DNA of 64,000 bases, from NCBI GenBank assembly GCA_051362555.1, contig CM120647.1, positions 310,001 to 374,000 of the forward strand. The letters run 5' to 3'. The number at the start of each line of letters is the position of its first letter. The stretch's first letter is position 1. The notes beneath the pieces are model-generated. The model was given only the letters and a program-made list of their open reading frames with translations. It was not told where the DNA came from and ran no database searches. Shown piece after piece: positions 1 to 11,864 of the stretch. Origin of the DNA: Lingula anatina (lineage: Eukaryota > Animalia > Brachiopoda). A program made the translations under genes and the position numbers.

Positions 1-1235
1 AGACTTCTGTAGTATAGTTGAACCAACAGCTTTTTAAAACTAAAATAATCAGTTTTGTGGTGCAAGAATTCCCTATAACAGAGGTTAAATCACATTTGTG
101 TATTCTTTACTTAAATTGGTAGACAAATTGGAAGCACAAATATTGTTACAGATAATTCTTATACTTTTTCAATATAATCTTGGATCAGAAAACTCTGTTA
201 AGTCACATGAATTAAAAAAATTAAGTCTATCATTCATACGTGGCAAGTTAATTTTCAATGATATTTAAGCTTTAAAACATTTATGCATTACTAGTAGGTT
301 TAAATAGTAGTATCACAGGTGCTACATGTATATAGCTTGATTTATTTTCTTTCAAGCTCACCATATATTGTTTTCTGACATGAAATATATAATTAAATTT
401 TGGTTTATACTAATATCAAGACAACTGCTGGAGAGAGAGAATTTTATTACAAACTGCCTTATCAGCATTTATAAGCAGGGGTGATGGAAATATGCATGGG
501 GGTAACATCCTCAGAAGTGGGGGCATTTTTATTTTTTGCAGGAAGTTTATCATTAAAGAAAATTATGTGCCATGTACATACTATACATATGTGTTCGATA
601 CTAAGGAGTAAGAGTACATATGCAAGAATAACCTTATGATCCCCAGGGTGTGGGTTGTTCCTAAGTTTGAATGATTGTTTTTTTTTTCACAATGACAATT
701 TGCCACTTATACTATTAATTTTGTACTAATACTCATATGTAAGACAACTCTTCTGCCAAGAGTTTTAGTCTTGTTGATTAATAAAACCTAAGAAATGTGT
801 ATTTTCTAGCATTTACCGTCAAAAAATCCTTCATTTTGCTTAATTCACATGCACATAACTCTGCTTAGGAAAATGCTAGAACCAAAATTTAAACTTTGGG
901 TTAATGCCCAACTTCTATACTTCATGTGTGCCAAATTTCAAATGTCTGTGACAATATTAAGGGGATGAAAAATGATGGGGGCAACTTTTGTCTCATTTTT
1001 GAAAATGGCGCCTGAAAAAAAGAACAAACATGGTGTTACTAAAACTTGAATAACTTTTGATCTAAATGAGATAGATTAAAAATTTAAATTGATTATTCAT
1101 ACTCAAATGTGTGGCTATCTGTACACCAAATTTCAAGTCTCTAGCTCACTTAGAAAAATATCATGTGTGCACCCTACCTGTGTTGCATCATCTCTTTGAA
1201 GTCTCATGATTCACACGCTATATTTTCCTCTACAG

Positions 1236-4200
1236 TTGATGAAGGGATAGGCATCACAAACCGACCCAAGTATACAGGATTATGGCATGCATTTAAGACA
1301 ATTTTCAAGACAAGTGGACCACTGGGCTTGTATCAGGGTGCTGTACCAAATATCACTGGTGCTGGAGCTGCTTGGGGGTTCTACTTCCTATTGTAAGTAC
1401 TAGGGGTGGAGGTGCTTGGGGGTTCTACTTCCTATTGTAAGTACTGGGGGTGGGGGTGCTTGGGGGTTCTACTTCCTATTGTAAGTACTGGGGGTGGGGG
1501 TGCTTGGGAGTTCTACTTCCTATTGCAGCGATTGCGAAAGCTGTCTGACCACGGCCATATGCCGGCAAAAATTCTGTGGGCTGGAAAACCCTTATAACTC
1601 ATCGGCCCACATGACCGACGGACTAAAGTTGATTTCTTTTACAGACACCGACTCATATCTAAATTTATCGTAAAGCTCTGAGTACGCACTAGGCGCAAGT
1701 AAAATTTTAACCTGCGCCATACTGGAGCGTACAAATACATGTAGCAAACACTATTTTTTGTAATAAAGATCTTCATACATTATGATGTCGCTCGAAGTGC
1801 GCATAGAGATGCTGTGAGGGCTGACATGTGACCCGTTTCACAAAAAAATTATCGAAACTGAAACAACTACAGGTCAATGAAAAACGTACTGCTCAAGACA
1901 CTGAAAACAGGCCGCTCAAACTGCTTACGACAGGCCGCGCACGGACCTCCAGTGATTGCGAAAGAGATTGAACACTTACCAGACATGTGGGCTGGAGCAA
2001 ATTAAATTTTGTCAGCCCACACCTTTTTTTACCGGCCCACAACAAAATAATTAAGCTGTTTATTTTCACTTCATTTTTGATGAATATTATTGTCTGGCAT
2101 TTTAAATCGCTGCTTTTTAATTTTCAGGCCAGATGTAATAGGATATTTAAAGGTTAAAGTTTAAACGTCTTTCATTTTGGTTGCTTTCTGGCATTTAAGT
2201 TTTATTCTTTTTATATCTGGGTTGCTTATCTTAATTTCTAATCTTTTAACACAAGATCATTATCCTTTGTAAATTTTATTCCAATTTTTGACTAAAATTA
2301 AAATATAAGTCATAGTGAAGTGGAGCTTCCAACTTATCTAACTTTTTTTAGATTTTCACTCTTGGAAAAATGCTTGTCTGTTTGTTAGCAGGGATTGTCC
2401 TGGGTCAAAATCTGGTCGGGCCATTTTGGACCACTTGGCCATTTTTTTAAAATGTGTGCCGTGAATTATTTAAAGAAAATTCATTGTATTTCAATATTTT
2501 TTATATGATTAAATTCAATGAAAAAAGGCTTGATGCTACTACTCTGAAGTCCTAAATAATTGTAGTGTGTGGAAAAATCTTCCAAAATCAACATACTGTC
2601 CGAAAAATTGTACAGTATTTAATGAAAAAATCTTCAAAATTGATAATTGCACTATGCCAAATAATTGCACTACATGGAAAAGGTAGACAAATTCCATTTT
2701 TATTGTAAAATAAAGCTATTGCTCTCATAGCAGGCCCGTAGCCAGCAATTTTAAAAGGGGGAGGGTCTTTTTCCATAAAAACGCCATGTACCTAGATCAA
2801 ATTTTACCAAGAGTGGACCTTTTGTCAGCATAAGAGGCCGTTCTTTCGAAACCCCTGAACCATCCCTGGGTACGGGCCAGAGTCTGAAAAGAATCTTTAT
2901 TCAATATCTAAGCTAGTTCGTTTAGATGAATATAATGGACAGTTTTGCACCCTGACTGTGCCATTGCGGATTTTCCGCATTGAAAATGATGTTGTCCCTC
3001 ATTTTGACATATAGCACCGCTAAAGGTGCAATATTACTTAAATATCCGTTAAAATTAGTTAAGAGCACCCATCTAAAAAGCAAATGAATATTTCTCCTTT
3101 TAACTTATCGTTTACTCAACATGCAGTCCGACGGAAGCCATACTTGTTTACCCAGCACGTGTAGTTAGGTGTTCTCAGAGGTCCGCGCGTGGCCTGTCGT
3201 AAGCAGTTTGAGCGACCTGTTTTCAGAGTCTTGAGCAGTACGATTTTCATTGACCTGTAGTTGTTTCAGTTTCGATACATTTTTTGTGAAACGGGTCACA
3301 TGTCAGCCCTCACTCCATCGCTACGCACACTTCGAGCGACATTAAATGTACATAGACCTTTATTACAAAAAATAGTGTTTGCTATTTGTACGCACCAGTA
3401 TGGCGCAAGTTAAAGTTTTACTTGCGCACAGTGCGTACTTAGAGCTCTACGATAAGTTCAAATATGAGGCGAGGTGTCTGTTAAAGAAACCGACTTTAGT
3501 CCGTCGGACATGTGGGCCGATGAGTTAAAAGGGTTTTCCAGCCCACAGAATTTTTGCCGGCATATGGCCGTGGTCCGACGGCTTTCGCAATCACTGGACC
3601 TCTGAGAACACCTAACTACATGTGCTGGGTAAACAAATATGGCTTCCGTCGCACCGCATGTTGAGTAACCGATAAGTGAAAAAGAGAAATATTCATTTGC
3701 TTTTTACATGGGTGCTCTTAACTAATTTTAATGGATATTTTAAGTAATATTGCATCTTTAGCGGCGCTATATGTCAAAATGAGGGACAACATCATTTTCA
3801 GTGCGGAAAATTTGCAATGGCACAGTCAGGATGCAAAACTGTCTATTAATTCATCTAAACGAACTAGCTTAGCCTTAGATATTGAATAAAAATTATTTTC
3901 AGACTCTGGCCCGTTGCCAGGAATTGTTCAATTACAAAAAATAGTTCGAAAGAATCGCCCCTTTTGCTGACAAAAGGTTCACCCTTGGTAAAATTTGATC
4001 TAGGTACATGACGTTTTTATGGAAAAAAGACCCCCCCCCCTTTTAAAATTGCCGACTACGGGCCTGCTATGAGAGCAATGGCTTTTTTTTACAATAAGAA
4101 TGGGAATTGTCTACCTTTTCCATGTAGTGCAATTATTTATTCTGAAAGATTTTTCCATTAAGTACAATTTTTTGGACAGTACAATTGTTAATTTTGGAAG

Positions 4201-7200
4201 ATTTTTCCATACACTACAATTATTTAGGACTTCAGAGTAGAAGCATCAAGTTTTTTATTGTTTTTAATCATATAAAAATATTGAAATATAATGAATTTTC
4301 TCTAAATAATTCACGGCACACATTTTTTAAAAATGGCCTAATTTCTTTTTTTACCAAGTGGGCCAAAATGGCCCAACCAGATTTTGACCCAGGACGATCC
4401 CTGCTAACAGACAAGCATTTTTCCAATAGTGAAAATCTAAAAAAAAGTTAGAAAAGTTGAAAGCTCCACTTTACTATGACTTATATTTTAATTTTAGGCA
4501 AAAATTGGAATAGAAATTTACAAAGGATACATGATCTTGTGTTAAAAGATTAGAAATTAAGATAAGCAAAAAGGATAAAACTTAAATGCCAGAAAGCATC
4601 CAAAATGAAGGATGTTTAAACTTAAACCTCAAATATTCTATTATATCTGGCCTGAAAATTGAAAAAGCACCGATTTAAAATGCCCGGCAATAACATTCAT
4701 CAAAAATGAAGAGAAAATATACAGCTTGATTATTTTATTGTGGGCCGGTAAAAAAAGGTGTGGGCTGACAAAATTTAACTTGCTCCAGCCCACATGTCTG
4801 GTAAGTGTTCAATCTCTTTCGCAACCACTGCTATTGTAAGTACTGGGGGTGGGGGTGAGGTGGGGTTGTACTTCCTATTGTAAGTACTGGGGGTGGGGGT
4901 GAGGTGGGGTTGTACTTCCTATTGTAAGTACTAGGGGTGGGGGTGCTTGGGGGTTCTACTTCCTATTGTAAGTACTGGGGGTGGGGGTGCTTGGGAGTTC
5001 TACTTCCTATTGTAAGTACTGGGGGTGGGGGTGAGGTGGGGTTGTACTTCCTATTGTAAGTACTGGGGGTGGGGGTGAGGTGGGGTTGTACTTCCTATTG
5101 TAAGTACTGGGGGTGGGGGTGAGGTGGGGTTGTACTTCCTATTGTAAGTACTGGGGGTGGGGGTGAGGTGGGGTTCTACTTCCTATTGTAAGTACTGGGG
5201 GTGGGGGTGAGGTGGGGTTCTACTTCCTATTGTAAGTACTGGGGGTGGGGGTGAGGTGGGGTGGGGGTGAGGTGGGGTGGGGGTGGAGGTGAATTTAACA
5301 TAGGTGGGCTACTTCATTACGCTGGTGTAGAGATTTAGACTTTTTGGTACCAGTGAATAGGATTTGGAAGGGGCTGGGTAAGCTTTTGAAATGATGCTCC
5401 AAAAATAGTGTTGAGGAATGTAATAACCAGCTAAGTAAAATGTTATAACATGAAAATACTTTTTACCATACACAGTATTTGTTTTCAGTTATACTGCTAT
5501 CAAGGGCTGGAGATATTGACATGTTAATATTTACCATAATTATTTACTGTGTTTGTTTACAGTTATAATGCTATCAAGGGATGGATGCAGGATGGAGATA
5601 TTGACATGTTAATAATTACCATAATTATAGACTGTGTTTGTTTACAGTTATAATGCTATCAAGGGATGGATGCAGGATGGAGATATTGACATGTTAATAT
5701 TTACCATAATTATAGACTGTGTTTGTTTACAGTTATAATGCTATCAAGGGATGGATGCAGGATGGAGATATTGACAAGCCACTGGGAGCAACCAAGCACA
5801 TGCTAGCAGCAGCGGAGTCAGGTAGGGTTTCCAGAGCTAGTTTCCCATGCCAAAGTGATTGCTTCTGAAGATAAATAACAAATCAGTGTTTTTTTTTTTT
5901 CAGAAGATAAATAACAAGTCACTGATTGATTCTTAAGATAAATATCAAGTCTTTGATTTTTTTCTGAAGATAAATAACAAGTGAATGATTTTTTCTAAAG
6001 ATAAATAACAAGTTAGTGATTTTTTTGAATATATATTTAACCAGTCATGGTTGTTTTTTGAAGGTGTAAAACAGGTTTTTATACAAGTTGACAATCACTG
6101 TGTAGAGTATCATGTTGACCAAGAGGTCAGAAAGTCTACAGGTGGGTTTCTTTCCCCAGGTGTGTTAACACTCATTATAACAAATCCCATCTGGGTAGTG
6201 AAAACCAGGCTGTGCCTACAGTATGATACTGCTGTAGCCACATCTAACGCAGCCAGGAGTGACGTGTACAGCGGAATGGTGGACGCTCTACGGAAAGTTT
6301 ACAGAACAGAAGGAATCAGGGGGTGGTACCGGGTGAGTGGAACAGCCAAACATCAAAAATTACAACCAGACTTGCTAATATCGCTGGTTCTACTGGCTAA
6401 GGCTGACAACAAAAGGAACAGTAGAAAATATTGTTCAGTCTGTCGGAGGGACTGACAACAATACAAGTGCTGTCTTTTTTAATTGTCTGTCAATCCAAAT
6501 GTGTGTCTGTTTTTAAAGGTTTTTTGGATGTCTTTTGTCTACCTAAAACACTATTTACTGAAGTCAGGTTAAGTAAATAACATAGCTGTTACATTTGTGT
6601 CTGTTGGTTGCTTTTTAGGGTTTTGTTCCGGGGTTATTTGGTGTATCCCATGGTGCTTTGCAGTTTATGGCGTACGAAGAACTGAAGAGAATGTATAACA
6701 AGTATAACAACGCGCCACTGAGCAGAAGACTTGTAAGTTTTTTATAACATAACGCGCTTTGCCTTAACTGTTCAAGCATAAATATTTCCTTTAGGTAAAT
6801 TTTGATAAATGTTTACTGGTGGAAAGGTTAGGATATCTACATGTGTGGAAATAACAATGCTGCTACTAAGGTCCCTTACCCTGTAGATCAATTGAACTTT
6901 GTGCTGATTCTTGCTGAGTGTATTCAGCTTAATTACACTCCTTCTGTTAAGTAGACTACAGAAAAACCAGTGATTATATATGAACATTGGAACCAAAAGG
7001 AAGCATGTCATTCAATAAAGCTGATTGCACTCAGCAAGAATCCCGCTGAGTTGGATCGATCTACATAGAATGATTGTGACTACGGAAATGGGAGACTTAG
7101 TATTGAGAAAGAGTTATTTTAGACAGTATTAAATCTTTTCCTGTTGGTACAACATGACACTTGCTGTAACCTTTATAGCTGAAAATGCCAATGTTGTCAT

Positions 7201-10200
7201 GGAGACATATCTGGCACTGTTGTCATGGAGATTATCTGGCACTGTTGTCATGGAGATTATCTGGCTCTGTTGTCATGGAGACATGCCTGTTTTTGATTTC
7301 AGGGTTCAATGGAGTACTTAACCTTTGCTGCTATCTCTAAAATCTTTGCTGCCAGCGTGACGTATCCGTACCAGGTGGTCAGGTCGCGGCTACAGGACCA
7401 GCACCGTTCTTATAATGGTGCTGTCGATGTGCTCAAGCAGATATGGAGGTAAGACAGTCCACGTGGTATTATATAATGTTATTCTCCAGTGAGAGAGAGA
7501 GAGAGTGCTGGTTGCTGGGAGTGGGGTAAGAGGTAGTTATATGAACTTGACAAAATGATTGTTAACATCCCCTGCAAAACTTTGTCTTGTTTAACGTTCA
7601 CTTACGGTTCTCTATCTATTCTAGAACATTTGGCGTAATTTTTTTAACAGTTCTAGTGTTGTTATGTAACAGTGAACGTAACTGTTCAAGAACTGTTTTT
7701 GGGTTGCCCTTCAGAATGTCATAAACAGATAAAGAACATTTTTCATTAAAAGAGAAAAAACAGTACGTTCTAGGACAGAACCCCATGTCAGGGGGGTGGG
7801 GGGGTCAGCTTCACATCCACAGCCTGTCATTCTAAAAAAAAAACAGACCCCCCTTCAAATAATACTGGATCTGCCCCTGGTGTGTGTGAGCCTGTGCGTG
7901 TGCGTGCGTGTACTCACTGACCCTCTGCATTGCTTCTATATTTCAGGCATGAGAAACTGCCAGGATTTTACAAAGGATTGTCCCCCTACTTGCTTCATGT
8001 CATCCCCAATATCTGCCTGGTCTTTGTTATATATGAGAAAATGCAGGGCTGGTTCTTTGGTCCGCTGACGCTAGTTGACAGTGTAGAATGACAGTGGCTC
8101 CCTCTAGTGAGGCAGAGTCACATTACCGTATGACTGGGGTCACATTATATTATATTATATTTATATCAATCTTACAGAGCCTTTTACACCAAATTCAAAG
8201 AAAACTGACAAAAAAATCAGTGAAATATCATAAATAAGGAAGTTAGCAAGAGGAAGTATAAAAATGTGCACCTTGCAGTGTATGAAATACACTACAGTCT
8301 GGTGTGTTGTTGTTGGCCTTAAAACAACTGAGACTGTGGAGTAGCGTGAGAGACCTCTGGTGGTCTTTAGCAGTATTAAGGAACAGGAACTCATGTTAAC
8401 AGGAGGTTCTGAGCACAATCCATATATTATGTAGGAACAAGTGTCTTGTCCATTTTAACATATGTTCAGACTGTTTTACTTACGTATATAAATATGTATA
8501 TATATATGTAAATATATATTACCTGCCATTTTAGACAGGGCATATTTACCATTTACTCATTGTCATGTCAGGTGGAGGGTGTTTTTTTCATTATGAACAA
8601 AACTGTACCAAAGACAATTATATGACATTGCCATGCAGTTCAGTGATACCATAAGTTGGTTTGGTACAGCATTTCTCATTGGCTTACAATGCCATGCAGT
8701 TCAGTGATACCATCAGTTGGTTTGGTACAGCATTTCTCATTGGCTTACAATGCCATGCAGTTCAGTGACAGCCGCAGTTGATTTGGTACAGTATTTCTCA
8801 TTGGCTTACAATGCCATGCAGTTCAGTGACAGCCACAGTTGATTTGGTACAGTATTTCTCATTGGCTGACACTGCCATGAAAGATATTGTGTAAACAGTA
8901 GTGGTATCGATACAATTTGCCATTTGTTGGTTGTGGATAATATTTATGACAGTGAAACTGTTCACACACTATCAACATAGAAAAGGGTATTGGAAGACAC
9001 AGTGGTCATTATGGGGAAGTTATGGGAACAGATGATTTTGTATTTAAAATACGGTGATAGATGTTAAGTTTGAATGTGGTATTTGGATGACTGGAAATAA
9101 TGAGGTTTTAGTATTAAATAAGATATTGATAACAGTCTTGATGAAGTATTTCTGGTGGTTAGATTCTGATGAGAACCCTCTACCACTTGGCTTCAAGCAT
9201 AATAAGAAGGAAAAAGAAGGGACAGTGAGATTCTCTTATTACTTACTCTCTACTTACTATTCATGTTGTCACATATTTATGAATGCTTTGTAAATATTTT
9301 TATCAAAAAATTGGAGTTGGTCTGTATGCACTGAAAGATCATTTTCAGCAATAATTAGGTGATTGCTTGATTTGTTTCAGTAAATTGTTTCAAAAACAAT
9401 CAGAGAGGTTAAGCCACACTGGCTAGTTTGTACATATGGTAATATCTAGTCTACTAGTATATTATAAATAGTTGGCCATAAAATATGGTTGACTTTGGCC
9501 CCATTCAGAATAGATAATCCAAGTACTCACGACCACACTTCAAAAGAGATGCCAGTGATTCTCAATGATCTCCCCACCTCCACACATGATGTTGCTAGAA
9601 AGGCCCAGCAATTAAACCTTGGAGCAGAGATTTATTCCTTTTAATGGCACATGTGGAGGCAGGGAGACCATTAAGAATCAGCGTCATCTCTTTTAAAGTG
9701 TGTTTGGCCATATTAAATTGACAGATCAGTTAGTACTCAGATCATCTATTCTGAACGGGGCCTTTTACACCATTCATTCCTAGTTTTAAGTTATTCAGTG
9801 ATATGAAATATCTTTGGTTGTCTTTACATGTATCATCATACATCGGGAGTCACATAAATCATATATAACTCACGTGAACAAAATATTCTTGACAGCCTTA
9901 AATTTTTGTCTTTATCTTTCTTTATCTCATCAGAAATGTATTTATATGTGTAACATCACAGTTTGTTTCTGCTCACGTGAAAGCAGAGGTCATAAAACTG
10001 TCTCTCCTTAAAGGAGGGAGCTCTCGATATATAGGCAAAACTTACTTGATGTGACTTGAATCCATGGATGTATTAATATATTTGTCATCAGCTATGGTTA
10101 TCATCATACAAACATGGCAGTATTGATGTGAACTGTCAAGTGTTGGTTGTCAAAGTGAAGTAGAACAATTCAGTTTTTGTGGCAAAGACCACAACTCTCA

Positions 10201-11412
10201 CTGCAGCTAATTGTAACATATCACAAACAGATTGGTGTGAATTTTTTGTGTGAACTTTGTCAGCGCATTGACAAATGAACAAAACATTTCAGGGAAAAAA
10301 CAATCCTTTTGGAAATGGTTATTTTAGATCGCAGATGATTGGACCAGCTTTCATCCAGGCCTTTTCCTGTTGACATACTTTTACAAGTTCTTTTTCTTGA
10401 TCAGAACTATTTATAATATGGTGGAAGATTCAGACGATGGGTCAGAGCTTTTAGAGATTCCAAGTCAGAAATGAATTACTATCAAATATGTTTGCGGCTT
10501 GAAATCACAAATGGTAATTATTTCGTTAACAAGATCGGTATTGAAAGGCAGCCAAGTTAGAGTTAAATACTTTGCAGGATTTCTTATTTGATTACAAGTT
10601 CAGTTTTAAAAACGGATAACATGGAAATTGTTGTATTTGAGATGTGATTGTGTTGGCAGTGATAAGTTATTGTTGTTTGTGTTGTTCACGTAGTCTTGTT
10701 AAGAAATGTCAGAAATATCATGGCAGTCGAACTGTCACACTTGCAGGATCAAAAAATAAAAAAGTAAAAAGTAGTTTTGTTTCAGTTTTGTTTGTTATAC
10801 CTGTAGAATTGCTTTGTTCTTTATGCTTCGAACTTCTTTCCTTTGTCTTCTTTGAGGTAGTTGGTGTGATGTAGCTTAATTTATGTGTTATGTTTTGAAT
10901 ATTTTATATTTGTGCATTATTCAGATAATACAGGTATTTTCTTACAATCTCCCCGAGTTTGACATCTGCAAGAGATGCTTTTGACTGGTGTTACATCAGC
11001 ATTGGGGCAACAACACGCTGCAACTGGGAAACTCCTTGTAAAAAATGTCCCAGAATCACAAAAAAAATATGTTCTGCAAATCTTTATAAGTAATTGGTAT
11101 TACAAATATTTTGGGGCACCTATCATTAATTCCACTTTTTCTTCTCTTTGTAGAACAGACAACTGGGGATTTTTAAGAAAACCTAAATTAACATCAAAAA
11201 CGCCTTTATTTGACTGAGTGAACCATTTTGGCACACTGAACTAATTCCTCCATTTTTCTTCTCTTTATAGTAAGGAAAGCGTTGGTGGGTTTTACAAGGG
11301 CATGGTTCCTAACGTGCTACGTGTTGTCCCCAACTGCTGTATTGTGTTCGTAGTGTACGAGGGTATAACAGGGGCACTGGCAGAGCGCTGGAAGACCACA
11401 GAGGAGGCGTAG
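1236..11412 (+). CDS. SLC25A32: Mitochondrial folate/FAD carrier SLC25A32 (5'-partial; first coding exon upstream of window), isoform using canonical terminal exon 7b
   Basis: Exons 1236-1392, 5733-5821, 6160-6332, 6619-6732, 7303-7448, 11271-11412; all AG/GT flanked and phase-consistent. Translation includes [120 protein letters not shown], matching my recollection of SLC25A32. Confidence 0.93.
1526..4830 (+). mobile_element. Non-autonomous TIR DNA transposon, about 1.65 kb (outer copy), 6-bp TSD
   Basis: Termini cagcgattgcgaaag / ctttcgcaaccactg; TSD ctattg at 1520-1525 and 4831-4836; no transposase ORF. Confidence 0.9.
1950..3596 (-). mobile_element. Second copy of the same transposon inserted in inverted orientation inside the first
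   Basis: Termini cagtgattgcgaaag / ctttcgcaatcactg; TSD gacctc at 1944-1949 and 3597-3602; sequence is the diverged reverse complement of 1526-1949 + 3603-4830. Confidence 0.92.
5475..5775 (+). repeat. 85-bp tandem repeat copying SLC25A32 splice acceptor + exon start (4 acceptors)
   Basis: cag|ttata(a/c)tgctatcaaggg with AG ending at 5488, 5562, 5647 and 5732; only the last runs into the full exon. Confidence 0.93.
6881..7065. mobile_element. Degenerate fold-back MITE-like element
   Basis: tgtagatc..ttcttgctgagtg..tcagctt is inverted as aagctga..cactcagcaagaa..gatctaca. Confidence 0.55.
7193..7282 (+). repeat. 25-26 bp minisatellite x4 just upstream of an acceptor
   Basis: gttgtcatggaga at 7193, 7219, 7244, 7269. 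Confidence 0.85.
7947..8091 (+). CDS. SLC25A32: Alternative terminal exon 7a of SLC25A32 (paralogous copy of the helix-6 exon)
   Basis: tttcag acceptor at 7945-7946, same phase as exon 7b; encodes [47 protein letters not shown] then TGA. Confidence 0.82.
8629..8880 (+). repeat. 61-bp minisatellite x4
   Basis: tgccatg at 8629, 8690, 8751, 8812, 8873. Confidence 0.9.
9497..9762. mobile_element. Fold-back MITE, PIF/Harbinger (Tourist)-like
   Basis: TIR ggccccattcagaatagat / atctattctgaacggggcc, flanked by ttt on both sides (3-bp TSD); internal arms also inverted. Confidence 0.75.
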
Positions 11413-11620
11413 GTGGTCGATGCTGAAAGTGAAAGAATTTCTGTGCATCCACTGGAGTGCAGGTCAATAGAGTCTACAGCACATTGTGATTTATTACGGA
11501 GAGTGTGTCCTAGAGCAACAGGAAGTGGATGTGTTCATGGAGGATTACCACCTGGACCTGGCCAATGAAATAAAAGTTGACCGAAAAAGATTGTGTGGAA
11601 AGATTCCATTGTTTATAATA

Positions 11621-11864
11621 GGCCTTATAAACAGGTATGGCATTTACTAACACTACCTGCAGATCTTTTAGCACTAAAACCCATATTAACCACATAAAAC
11701 CCACAACTTGACCAACACATAGTAAAAATATTTACCAGAGCGTATGAATATCAGTGATAGGAATCACTCTGTTAGTGTTGGTTAATTCATGGGTTATGTA
11801 GCTGATATGAGTGTTAGTGCTAAAAGATCTGCTTGTAGTGTTAGTAAACGCTGTTTATAAGGCC
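11621..11864. mobile_element. Fold-back MITE-like inverted repeat in the SLC25A32 3' UTR region
   Basis: ggccttataaacag..tttactaacactac..gcagatcttttagcactaa is inverted as ttagtgctaaaagatctgc..gtagtgttagtaaa..ctgtttataaggcc. Confidence 0.7.

Larger units (their letters stand above)
1369..5250 (+). repeat. 44-bp G-rich minisatellite copying SLC25A32 exon end + splice donor (13 donors), interrupted by a transposon at 1526-4830
   Basis: Unit ggttctacttcctatt|gtaagtactgggggtgggggtgcttggg; gtaagt at 1393 (real), 1437, 1481 and every 44 bp from 4836 to 5232. Confidence 0.95.
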
